A DNA stretch of 63,172 nucleotides, counting the filler, from Nemertoderma westbladi (Eukaryota > Animalia > Xenacoelomorpha), in assembly GCA_032718475.1 (NCBI GenBank). It is 5 parts of 5 records of this genome, joined end to end, with 100 filler letters (N's around TTAATTAATTAA, not from the genome) between each part and the next. Parts side by side here need not be neighbours in the genome. Positions count along the whole stretch, not along the records: positions 1 to 14,289 come from JAUCBJ010004722.1; positions 14,390 to 24,040 come from JAUCBJ010007271.1; positions 24,141 to 41,216 come from JAUCBJ010001260.1; 2 more parts are not named here. One strand, given 5' to 3'. Shown here in pieces: positions 13,401-24,660 of the stretch. The notes under the pieces were generated by a model. It made no database searches and was not told the origin of the DNA. It saw only the letters and a list, made by a program, of their open reading frames with translations. A program made the translations under genes and the position numbers. The stretch's first letter is position 1. The number at the start of each line of letters is the position of its first letter.

Positions 13401-13844
13401 ACCGCGGTAACAACCACGGTAGAGATTGAACTAGTTGTGTTTCTAATTTCAAACAAAATGAAAAAGATTTGCAGAAAATTTTTGCGGGAGTTGGAGGGGG
13501 AGAGTGGGGGGGGGGGGGGGGGGGGTGTGACAATATATTACTGGTCATAGTGTAATTATTATTATTGTTTTCAGTTACTGGTCGATGATTTGGGGAGCAA
13601 AGAGAAATGACATCACTGATTTATTCTATGTGGCACTTGTGAACACTTTTATTCATTAACAATACATCATTAATTTATTGGTGATGGATCGACAGTTACT
13701 ATTCAATAAACTGCAGGATAACATAATAAATTCTATAACTGAATTATTGCGATATTGAGAAATGGTGTTGGTTTGTAACTTAATAGTCGTCACACCGTAT
13801 TTTATTGGCTACCAATTAAAGTAATCCCGAAATTGATGAAAATT

Positions 13845-14289
13845 TCACCAAAAAAATTATTTTACACGAAATTAAATAATGTGACCCCAAAAAAAATTAT
13901 TTAACACCAAATAAATTAAAGCCACCCCAAATATAATTATTCAATCACCAAAACAAATTTTTCAACACCAAAAACAATTATTCAACACCAAAACCAATTA
14001 ATCAATACCAAAATATATAAAATGCTCCACAAAACCAATTATTAGAACCAAAATAAATGACAAAACCCCCAAAATAATTACAAATTTTCCCAAAACAAAT
14101 ACATTTCCCCCCCAAAACAAATACATTTTCCGCAAAAACAAATACATTTTCCTCTAAAACAAATACATTTTCACCCAAAACAAATACATTTTCACCAAAA
14201 TAAATACATTTTCCCCCAAAATAAAAATACATTTTCCCTCAAAACAAATAAATTTTCGACCAAAATAAATACATAATCTCCCAAAATAA
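13845..14289. repeat. AT-rich ~21-bp tandem array ending at a contig break
   Basis: CAAAACAAATACATTTTCCCC-type units. Confidence 0.85.
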
Positions 14290-14389
14290 NNNNNNNNNNN
14301 NNNNNNNNNNNNNNNNNNNNNNNNNNNNNNNNNTTAATTAATTAANNNNNNNNNNNNNNNNNNNNNNNNNNNNNNNNNNNNNNNNNNNN
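14290..14389. other. Artificial contig linker
   Basis: 44 N + TTAATTAATTAA + 44 N, identical at four places. Confidence 0.97.
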
Positions 14390-15731
14390 TGGAGAACGAT
14401 CACCCTAATCCGACAAATATCTAGGGACTCCATAACGTAATAACATATGGAGTGGGTGTGTGACTATATCATTTTATATTTGTTTTTATCTTATATTTAT
14501 GTATGTATTATTATGTAATATTATTATAATCGTTTTCTTTAATTTTATTTAGTAGAATGTTATTTTAGCGATTATTTAGTAAATTAGTGCAATATATTAG
14601 TGTTTATTACGTACTTAATTATTTATAATATATATTTAGTGCGACGGCGAGAAATAATTATTTTTTCTCTTTCCTTACTGTCCGTATCATATTATAAATA
14701 CGTGACTACAGTAAGATGAAATGTCCGTACTTATTAAAGTACAATAAAGCCACTACTATATTTAAGTATTATTGGTAGGCAGAGTATTAGGAATGCAAAG
14801 TTCAGATCCTCGTGTCTCGGCTAAACCAAGCTCTGGGTAGACCTTGGAAACGACTTGCCTCTTCACACTGACATTGCTTCGTGCGATATTGCTCTTCTAC
14901 CTTATAACAAATAATACATATAGTAGCGTGATGTCCCTCTAACAGTAGCGTCAATCGCAAATAAATCTGTTAAATTTTTGACCATCTGTAATTCTAGTCG
15001 ATTAAGATATCGTGGCACCCACCGATATACTTGAAAGACAAATTCTAGAATCAGTGGTTAATGTCCCCAGACAAGTTCTGGAATAAATCGGTGCCCATCC
15101 TAAATATTAATTTAATATTTATTAAAATCTGTAAAATCCCGATCCTTTAAAATTTCTAGTCAATTAAGATATCGCAGTATTTACCGATATTCTTAGAAGG
15201 ACTATTTTATAGAATTAAGGATCCTAAGTCCCCAGATATGCTCTGGAATCAAATTGTGTCAATTTTAACATCAAATAATAAAATTCACGGGAATAAATTT
15301 AAATTCATATTCGAATGAATTTCATAAATTGTCATTTTGTGCAATTTATAACATTCCCAAAATTCCAGTAATTAATAGATCATGGGAGCGGAGATTCATA
15401 TTGAGTGTATTAGAGTGTGAGAATCTCCAACATATAGTCAATAGCCGATAAAATTTATAAAATCATGCATAAAGAGGATATTGACAATTAAAGAATTACT
15501 ATTAAATAACATCCCAGATCTGTATGCATGAGAATTACCCTAATTCTACCGCTAGTTTTCCATAATGTCACCATGGCAACACCCACGCTGGAATTAGAAG
15601 CAAGTTAAAGGAACAATAAAGGCTTGCCCCATTGCGTAGCATAAGAGAATACATAGCGCACTATTAGTATCCAAGGATACATAGTAATAACGTGACATTC
15701 TGGAAGACAATGACTAACGGACAAAATGGCT

Positions 15732-16427
15732 TGCATGTGTGCAGTAAGTAATGATTGTATGGAACTTGTGCGTTTATAGGTGAATGTTACTACTAAAGTG
15801 TGTTTACAGTAGCTAATCGCAATTGTAAAGTAGCCTAACTCTACCGAGATAACCTCAAGTGGATTCAAGCCTTTGGGACGGACAGTGGTGGGACTTGTGC
15901 CGGTTATCGTTGTCGTGCTGTTGCTACATGTTGGCGTAAACACTGCGACAACGGTACATCGGCGCTGAGAAACCCACTGTCCGGGGGCAAAGCCTAGTAG
16001 GCAGCGACGCCCGCTTGCCTGAAATATTAACCCATATTGATATTAATAAACTCAGATAGCAGATATGACGGAATTGATAGAAGATGACCTTGGTATTAGA
16101 GAGCGATATACTCTACCTTTACAAGCGTTTGTGGATAGTTTGATACGCGGTGAAGCCGATCCGACTATTACGGAGGACGATGGTCGTTATATCGAACCGC
16201 CGATGTCCCAGGAACAACTTACGCGTGAATTGGACTATAGAAAATTCACCACTCGCTATACGAATCGTAATGGTACGTATATGGACTTCTTAACTACCGG
16301 CCATCCTATCGATTTACATGATACGGATGATGTAGACACTGAAAGGGAAATGGTTCTATTTAAATATCATACCCAGCGGAGTCGTAACGATAAACCGAGA
16401 ATAGATCACGAAAATTATATTCGTAAT
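15732..16427 (+). repeat. Left arm of a ~700-bp inverted repeat
   Basis: Reverse complement of 17928-18625, from TGCATGTGTGCAGTAAG through about the first 120 codons. Confidence 0.95.
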
Positions 16428-17353
16428 AGACTGGGAAGACGAACCAATATGCCTAGAATCTGAGGAGATTCAGCCTATCGCGCCCGGAACAGCGACAACG
16501 ATTACATCCTAGAGTGGTATCAAGGTCCACAGTGTCTCACTGCGTACGATTATCGCCATGCCAACTATGTTTCTCGGCAACGTTGTCGGTTATGCGCATC
16601 GAGAGACCATGTTACGCCCATGGACACAAACGTCCGCTGTTCCTATTTCCACGAACAACCGGCGATGGAAATTTATTGAGCGTATTGCAGATTTAATGAT
16701 TTGCACGTTTTTGCGGTTTGCCCTCAATTTGTGACTCAATGTCACCATTGTCAACTGGGGGGACACGCCAGTTTCGATTGCCCTTTTAATCGCGATTTGG
16801 AGGGCGTGGATGAAATGATCACACTACGTTACATTAGAGCTTGGGAAGCGAAGGCTGATTTACATCGTGATTCGCGCCATCGCTATTATCCTGGACGCGC
16901 TTACGAAGGAATTTATGCGTTCCATCCTTATCTATTCGCTTCTGTCGAACAGAAATCACGCATATCGAGTTACAGGAAGTATATCGACGGCCTTACGAAT
17001 ACCGAGCCCGTGAACGCGAGTTGGAAAGGACCATTAAACCCCGGAGGTTTCTAGCTGCCTATGGTCCACCCACGGCCCTCATTCAGACCACTCGTAAAGG
17101 ACCCGTAAGAGCGGCTGTCTTGAAACGAGCTCTCAAAGCCGTTAGACCCCTCTCCCCCGACGTTGATGTCAATCAACTCGGCACTTCGACTGGCGGATAC
17201 ACCGACCATAATCCTATACCCTCTGATGCAATCATGTTGCACCCTTCACCCAGGAGTTATAGCCCTCCTTGTAAAGTGGCTCGCCCCAAAGAGAAAAAGA
17301 CTCTGGCTAGCTTTAAAAAACTGCGTAAACGCCGTCCGCGCATGAAAGACTAA
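16065..17353 (+). pseudogene. Interrupted gene: shared N-terminal module + multi-zinc-knuckle domain + Pro-rich/basic tail
   Basis: One frame runs 16065-17054 with two TGA stops (16461, 16677), then a frameshift into 17021-17353. Motifs CRLCASRDH, Y*AYCRFNDLHVFAVC and CHHCQLGGHASFDC align with the 27984 paralogue. Confidence 0.7.
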
Positions 17354-17357
17354 CTGT

Positions 17358-18290
17358 TTAGAGTATTTTCGTATTTGAGAAACTGTAGTTAGGATCAAGA
17401 GTTTGAGGTCTCACGGGGAAATGGGGAGGTCTGACCGAGTATTCCGGAACTCTGATCATGGGTTTATTTAGCGATCGTTTTAAACGGGCGATCGCAGGGG
17501 ATACGTCGAACAGGTTTCGCTCGAAACTCCCGTAAGTATAACGCGTAAAACTGTGTTTAGCACAACGTCTCCGCGGATGTTTATGTCTTTCCGTTTGCTG
17601 GTTAGGTCTAGGACATGAGTCACAATAATACCAAAGACGTACGTCCTGCAGAGGAAACGCGGGTGATCGTTCTCCAGTTTTGCAATACTCTTCCATTTGT
17701 TCAAAACTGTCCGGGACAACAGGCAGTGGACGATCTGCGGTAAGATACATCATGGTGAAATAGAGTCGTTTGAGTTCTACCATGGGATCGTGATGGATAC
17801 CTTGAGGATATCGAGTCTCTAAGTTCTGTTGACTGGCAATATTGAGATAGGTTTCCCGCAAAAATTCCACGTAGTCGTTGAAGTTGATACGCTTATCGGG
17901 TTCTTCAACGTTTTCTCTGTCGAGTAGGTTGCGAATAGAGTTCTCGTGTTCTATTCTCGGTTTATCATTACGATTCCGCTGAGTATGATATTGGAATAAA
18001 ACCATTTCCCTTTCGGTGTCTACATCATCGGTATCGTGTAAATCGGTAGGATGGCCGGTAGTTAAGAAGTCCATATACGTACCATTACGATTCGTATAGC
18101 GAGCGGTGAATTTTCTATAGTCCGCTTCGCGCGTAAGTTGTTCCTGGGACATCGGCGGTTCGATATAGCGACCATCGTCCTCCGTAATAGTCGGATCAGC
18201 TTCACCGCGTATCAAGCTATCCACAAACGCTTGTAAAGGTAGAGTATATCGCTCTCTAATACCAAGGTCATCTTCTATCAATTCCGTCAT
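17358..18290 (-). CDS. Intact 310-aa protein of unknown function: shared N-terminal module + C-terminal Cys/His cluster
   Basis: Uninterrupted ORF preceded by a CTCAG acceptor-like site. Differences from the left arm are mostly synonymous. Motif CDSC-x9-HKH-x4-C-x2-H. Confidence 0.75.
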   Translation of the reverse strand: MTELIEDDLGIRERYTLPLQAFVDSLIRGEADPTITEDDGRYIEPPMSQEQLTREADYRKFTARYTNRNGTYMDFLTTGHPTDLHDTDDVDTEREMVLFQYHTQRNRNDKPRIEHENSIRNLLDRENVEEPDKRINFNDYVEFLRETYLNIASQQNLETRYPQGIHHDPMVELKRLYFTMMYLTADRPLPVVPDSFEQMEEYCKTGERSPAFPLQDVRLWYYCDSCPRPNQQTERHKHPRRRCAKHSFTRYTYGSFERNLFDVSPAIARLKRSLNKPMIRVPEYSVRPPHFPVRPQTLDPNYSFSNTKIL

Positions 18291-18625
18291 ATCTGTTATC
18301 TGAGTTTGTTAATATCAATATAAGTTAATATTTTAGGTAAGCGGGCGTCGCTTCCTACTAGGCCTTTTGCCCCCGGACAGTGGGTTTCTCAGCGCCGATG
18401 TACCGCTGTCGCAGTGTTTACGCCAACATGTAGCACAGCACGACAACGATAACCGGCACAAGTCCCACCACTGTCCGTCCCAAAGGCTTGAATCCACTTG
18501 AGGTTATCTCGGTAGAGTTAAGGCTATTTTACAATTGCGATTAGCTACTGTAAACACACTTTAGTAGTAACATTCACCTATAAACGCACAAATTCCATAC
18601 AATCATTACTTACTGCACACATGCA
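17928..18625 (-). repeat. Right arm of the inverted repeat, ending at the LINE junction at 18626
   Basis: Reverse complement of 15732-16427. Confidence 0.95.
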
Positions 18626-20079
18626 TACCTGTTACTTTATGCTGATGATATCGTGTTGGTTAGTGAAAGTATTAGTGGACTACAGGGTGCACTCGATATC
18701 CTTGGTTGCTATGCCGACTATTGGGGTTTGCGGGTTAACATGGACAAGTCCAATATTATGATTTTTAAAAACGGTGGGAATCTTGCACAGCGTGAACGGT
18801 GGACTTTCCACAATCGTGAACTCAAAATTGTCTCTGACTATACTTACCTAGGAGTAATATGTTCTCCCTCTGGCGGATTCAGGAAAGCGGAGTGTTCTCT
18901 TGCAGAGAAGGCCTCTAAAGCATATTTTGTACTCTTAAAATATTTTTCGAAATTCCCAAACATTTCACTGAGCTTAAAAGTTCATATCTTCAATACACTT
19001 GTGAAACCGATCCTGGAATATGGAAGTGAAATCTGGGGTTTTCACAGCGCTCCAGAGTGCGAACGAGTTCAACTTAAATTTCTAAAACGGTTATTGGGGG
19101 TAAAGTCAGGAACACCTAACTTCATGAGTTATGGTGAAACTGGAGTATTCCCGCTAGCATTGTCTAGGGAAATTCGTATAGTAAAATATTGGATTAAAAT
19201 TATTAATTTACCAGACTCGCGTTTAGTCAAGCAGGCGTATCTTATGCTACTTCAGGACTGTCTGACTTTCAATGACAGTAACTGGGTTTCTGGTGTGCGC
19301 GATCTGCTTAATAAGTCTGGTAAAAGTTGGGCGTGGGTCAACCAGTCGGTCAGCTGTAATAAAATGTTTATTAAATCTCTAGAACGTACATTACAGGATA
19401 ACTTCATCCAGTCTTGGTGGAGTGCGATAGAAAATTCTCCCAAGGGAATTTGGTATTTCAAGAGGGTGTTTGGGGCAGAAAACTACTTAAACTCACTTAG
19501 TGGTTACCCTACACTGTGTAAGACTGTGAGCCGCCTAAGGTGTTCCTCACACGATCTACAAATTGAATACGGACGTTGGCATAATGTACCGCGTAACGAT
19601 AGATTATGCCAGCTCTGTAACCTCCAAGAAGTGGAGGATGAATACCACTTTGTACTTAAATGTCCGCTCTATCATGATCTACGCATTAAATTTTTGGCAG
19701 TAAGATATCATAGAAATCCTTCATCGGTCAAATTTCTTGAACTCCTCAGTCTGACGTCGGATTCCAAAATTAAGCAGTTTGGTGTGTTTTTATATCACGC
19801 CTTTAAATTACGACTGGAGGCTAAAACCTAGTTAGTACGTATTACGTGTGTTGAATGTTTGTGGTGTGAGTATGTGTTGGTAGTTCTTCGGTTTAGGTTG
19901 TTATTATGTAGATATAATATATATTATGTTCCTACTTTACGCACTGGGTTCACCTATGTATTTCTTTTCTAAATGTATTTGTACTCCGGTATTGTAGCGT
20001 GCAGTTGATACTACTTTGCTCTCAACAATAGCCTTAATTGGCTGGTTGTGATTAACAATAAATAATAATAATAATAAAA
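18626..20079 (+). mobile_element. 5'-truncated LINE, RTEX-like (coding frame open 18626-19831)
   Basis: Begins at YLLLYADDIVL. C-terminal SSHDLQIEYGRW...CQLC...EDEYHFVLKC zinc motif. AATAAA and a (TAA)n tail near 20058-20079. Confidence 0.85.
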
Positions 20080-20099
20080 TTAATAGTCTCACCAGCATG

Positions 20100-21722
20100 G
20101 CTTTTGTAAATTTGAAGCAGGGCTTTCTCTCCCGCCATTATTACTTCCTCTTTAGTGGCCCAGAATTTAGAAATATTTTGGCCTGTAATACGAAGTCATT
20201 ATCTCTTTTAATTAAACACAGTGCTCGTTTTATCTCAATTCCATATAGTCCAGAAGTTGTATCACAACAACCTAATAGAGCATATGAAAAATATATTTTC
20301 ACAAACGATGTTTACTGTAATGGAAGTATGCTTGGAGCAACGTGGACATTGCGTAGATCCCACTGGAGGTTGTTGGCTCTGGTTGGGATTTTGGGAGGTA
20401 GACGAGTCTGGTGGTGGGGCAATGGGACCCATACTAACTGGCGATTGAATTGATGGTGTACCTAACGGATGGGGACTGTTTGTGGAAGCCCAGCTTGAGA
20501 ATCCGTCCCAGATGGTATTTCAGTCTGGTTGGGAACTGGTGGTGGGTCTTCGGTGAGGACTTTTGGTAGGATATTAAACATTGCCGCATTGGATAAAGCG
20601 ATTGGCTGGGAGTGTGAAGTAGGGGAGGGGGAAACTGCCGCTTTAGTGGGTGTCGCTCTGCGCGGTGGGTTCTTGAATTTTGACTTCGAATTTTGAATCT
20701 GAAATTAAGTATCCTGAGTCAGCACAGTAGTTCCCCTCTGGGTCTTTGTGTTTATGCAGCTTATAGTTACTGTTGACTGCGACTGACTTTGAAAAGGTGG
20801 GGCAAACTTATTTGATGTGGGTTTTTGAAATAGAACTGTGATTGTTATTATTGCCCGTGTCTTCGGTCCACTGCCTGTTTGTTGGTGTTTGTTGATTGAG
20901 ATCAACAGGCAAAGTATTTTGATGACATGTTGCAATGGTGGGGGGTGGCGTCCTTAATGGTGAGGTTGCTCCACCTAAAGAGGAAGGTGGCTTAGAAAGT
21001 TCTCTAGGCCCATTTGCGCTTGATGGGACTAGGCTCGAGTTTGACAGTACGAGCTGGAGGATTTGTTTACAATAAGACGCTATGGAATAGTCATTGATGC
21101 TGGAGAATGAGGTGGAATCCTGTAGCTTCTCAAGATAAATTTCGACGAACCAGCAAAGGTGAATGCCACACTGGTAACTATTAAACTGGATTCGCTTCAT
21201 TGGAGATAGGATATTAACAAGTTTGGGTTTATGATCAAATTTAGCACATTCCTGATTTATCCAAGCTTCGAGAGCTTCCATATATTCTGTTCCACAAGCA
21301 CCTATAGAGTCCAACTATCTAATAGACCAGCTATTGGTTAGGAAAACAGCAAGGGCCCAGTGACATCCTATGACGTTGATTGGGAAGAAGATAAGTTCAT
21401 TTGAGAATATGTCCGACTTAGACCACCGTTCTACTGAGCTGTAGTCTTCTGATATGATGCGATTAAAGAAGTGGATACTGAAAATTTTGGTTTTACCGGC
21501 ATATTTAGAACAGTATAGAGTGGTTACAGCGTGTATAGTGTTGTCTGTCAGCCACAGGTCACCTGATAGAGAGTCAATATCGCTTTTACTGATGGGGTGG
21601 GGAGAAGCTCTCGAGTTTGTGTTTAGTTTGTGTTTAGTTTGCTCCCGACTCTTCAGTGAATGGAGGCGGTCACGGAGCAGGACAGACTCTGTTAGATCGA
21701 TAAGACTTTGATCCCTGGTCAC
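20100..21722 (-). pseudogene. Ulp1/SENP (peptidase C48) relic with Pro-rich tail, probably TE-borne
   Basis: WLTDNTI, IFFPINVIGCHWAL, (Y>stop)LDS and QFNSYQCG show the His-Asp-Cys triad order. The two track ORFs are one frame split by TAG at 21315-21317. Confidence 0.8.
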
Positions 21723-22899
21723 AGGTATAATGGTGAAGCACCCTAGTTGATTGCTCCAGAGAATACTTTTTTATTTTTTGTATTTTTTTTAAACACGAAC
21801 TTTGGTAGAGATAAAATTATGTAATAGTATGTAATGCTATGCAATTATGTAATGATTAAATAATGGGAAAAAAATATAAAGAATATCAAAAATTAAAAAG
21901 GTAAACATGGTAAACAAAACAAAGAATAACAAGTATTAAAATTTAAAACATTTCAAACTAATCATAAAAACGTAGCTAGTTAAAAAATTCAATCCTAGAA
22001 AAAACCAAAATTTAGCACAAAAATATATTTGGTGCAAAATAATTTTTTTTGGTGTGAAATCATCTAATTTGGGGTAGCATTCAATTAGTGGCGATATAAA
22101 TATAACAGCATCAGTATAATGGTATAATTAAGGTAACATTACATACATAAGACGATAGCTGTATAGAGGTTGGATTATACCAAATCTGCAGATAGTGAGA
22201 TAAATTGACCGAAAGTAATAAAAATAAAAGTAATCTCCGCTGTCATTTTGCGACAAACTCATGTATACAACAAACCGATAAGATATGCCAGCTCTGTCTG
22301 CTGCAAATATTCTGATATTGCAGTAGGCGTACTGATAATCAGTAGATACTGTAGACATATATATCGTACATGTGCGTGCCTTCGAGAAGGCCAAAATAAC
22401 GCTTCAGAAAAATATTCAGACCAACAGCAGAACAAAATATCAGTACTGGCGGGTAAGGGCGAGGGCAAGATGGTCATGATGCATGAAAGGAACTCATATG
22501 TTGTGATGACAGATGGACAGAAGCTGGTATGGTCGGTCACCCCCATCCCATCCCATCGCACCATACACGACGGGAATTTAGAAATGCTACGGAGATTCAA
22601 AATTTAATCTTAGCAACATCGATTTATCGTAATTGTAATTGTGAATCTGAGCAATTTTTAAGTGGGAATTATGTAAAATCCAGAGTTTGGAAAAACGTCG
22701 GATTATGATGAGAATTGAATCAATTACATATGTAAAATCACACAAAACAAAACATTACACAGTAGGCTTTGCACACTGCCAATATTGACAATGCACCCGA
22801 CAGAGATACTCTCATTCAAGGTTCAGTGAAAAACGACTGATATACAGAAATACCGGTACAAGACTAGTTGATTGAGGCATCACCCCCAAGAAGAAATAT

Positions 22900-22972
22900 C
22901 GCCCAACGTGGGGATCGAACCCACAACCTTGGGATTAAGAGTCCCACGCTCTACCGATTGAGCCAGCCAGGC
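22900..22972 (-). tRNA. trnK-CTT: tRNA-Lys (anticodon CTT)
   Basis: GCCTGGCTGGCTCAATCGGTAGAGCGTGGGACTCTTAATCCCAAGGTTGTGGGTTCGATCCCCACGTTGGGCG folds as a 73-nt cloverleaf with A and B boxes. Confidence 0.92.
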
Positions 22973-24040
22973 CGATAAAATATGGAATATCCGTGCAATA
23001 GAGCGTTTGACTCCTTTCCATTAAAATAATTCCTATAATTTGAGCTCTGGTAGCATATTCAGGCATTATTAATGATGATTTATGGCCAATTTTGTATTGC
23101 AGAAGCGTCTGTATTCAGGTATTGTAAATATAAGTTCGGCCCTACTTAGAAACATGGTCAGACGATAGTTAGGCAGTTAGGATTCCCTATTGCCTGATTA
23201 TCGGATACTACCAGACTACAGCACAGGACGAAGACAGCACAGTAGACTGAGAAGCCTTAGGGACTGGACTACCTGCTGACATACTGACACTGACTAAGAC
23301 TAACTGACAGTTCTACTGTATGTTTGTCTGTAGTAAAGCCTATGGAGTACAAGAAGAAGACACCAAACAGACAACAGGGTCAATACTCAAGCCCGCTGTC
23401 AGGCAGTCTGGTAGGCAGTAGGTACCCATCTGCTGGTCTGCCCATGCCGTGGTACCGTTATGAAATAAACCGGACTGGGTACCGGGTGCCGTACCGACAA
23501 CTGGCAGTGACAGGCCAGTAAATATATCATAAACTGGTAACACCCCACTGTTTCAATGTCAGTATGTCAGTGGTGACATCGGGTGTCAGCCTATTCCGAT
23601 ACCGGTACACAGAAGCACAGAGACAACAGGTAAACAGGATACCGGTACGAAAAACGCAAACCGAAAGTAATCCTACTTCTGACTGACTGAATCTGTAAAT
23701 AGGCCTACACTTGTATGTCAATTGTTATAGGCAATAGACCGCTATTTCCAGTCTGAGTCAGTGAGTCTGTGAGTTTGGAGTTCAGACTGTTAGAGAACAA
23801 AACAAAACCAAAACCGGTTGTTTGAACAATCAGATTTCTTCACCTGTTTGTCAACCAATCAGAAGATCGAATTAAATTGTCAAATTACCCATACTGTTGT
23901 CAAAATTGAATACTTATGTTAAAGATATCACAAGCGTTTATGTATTTCTGACTTGTAGCACAAACTGCGCTGTATATTTTACTTGCAAAAATTAAACTTA
24001 TTTTTATTTTTTCGCGCGCAAAAACAAAATTTGATTTGAA

Positions 24041-24140
24041 NNNNNNNNNNNNNNNNNNNNNNNNNNNNNNNNNNNNNNNNNNNNTTAATTAATTAANNNN
24101 NNNNNNNNNNNNNNNNNNNNNNNNNNNNNNNNNNNNNNNN
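24041..24140. other. Artificial contig linker
   Basis: 44 N + TTAATTAATTAA + 44 N. Confidence 0.97.
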
Positions 24141-24660
24141 ATTCCAACCAGGCAGCGAACAGGCCGTCAACTTATTTATTCAAATATTTCGGGCGTCGGA
24201 ACAAAGCAACCACTTACTTCATCTGTCAGTCTGTCAGTCTGTACGGTCTGACGGTGTGATACTTATTTTACTGCAGTACTGTAGGCCTATCTGCCAGTCA
24301 GCACTGGAAAGTCCTGACTGCAGAAGTACCGTACTTCAGTACCGGTACTTGCTGCAACCAAACCTGAAACCGGCTAGAGCTACTGCATACTGATCTACCG
24401 GTACTGCGTACTGCGAGAGTCAGAGAGTGATGTCAGCTGCTTTTTTTCAGCAATAATTTTTATTGTCCGTTTAAAACCTTTTTTTGTCCATTTTTTAATT
24501 TTTTATGTCCTCCAAAAATCTAATGTTAGGTTCCATGCTACCGGTTTCTCTACTGCTGTTCTCTCAGGCTATCAGTACCGGTATTAGTATAATACTGCAC
24601 TATTTTGCTGTATTGTATGTACAGATGTAGGTCTAAAGCAGGCATTTCTGTATTTTAGTA

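Noticed and set aside
13506-13525. Poly-G/poly-C tracts (also near 31002, 39026, 39652, 40317, 52195, 56341) as functional G-quadruplexes
   Set aside because: Several sit within repeats, homopolymer lengths are unreliable, and there is no evidence of function.
14002-14232. Repetitive FGENVFV ORF
   Set aside because: It is a translation of the 21-bp tandem array.
14334-14345. TTAATTAATTAA as a biological motif
   Set aside because: It is centred in identical 100-nt N blocks four times, so it is an assembly linker.
15732-18625. Assignment of the palindromic unit to densovirus, DIRS or MuDR
   Set aside because: No SF3 helicase, HUH, PLA2, RT, tyrosine recombinase or DDE motifs are visible. Only the architecture is similar.
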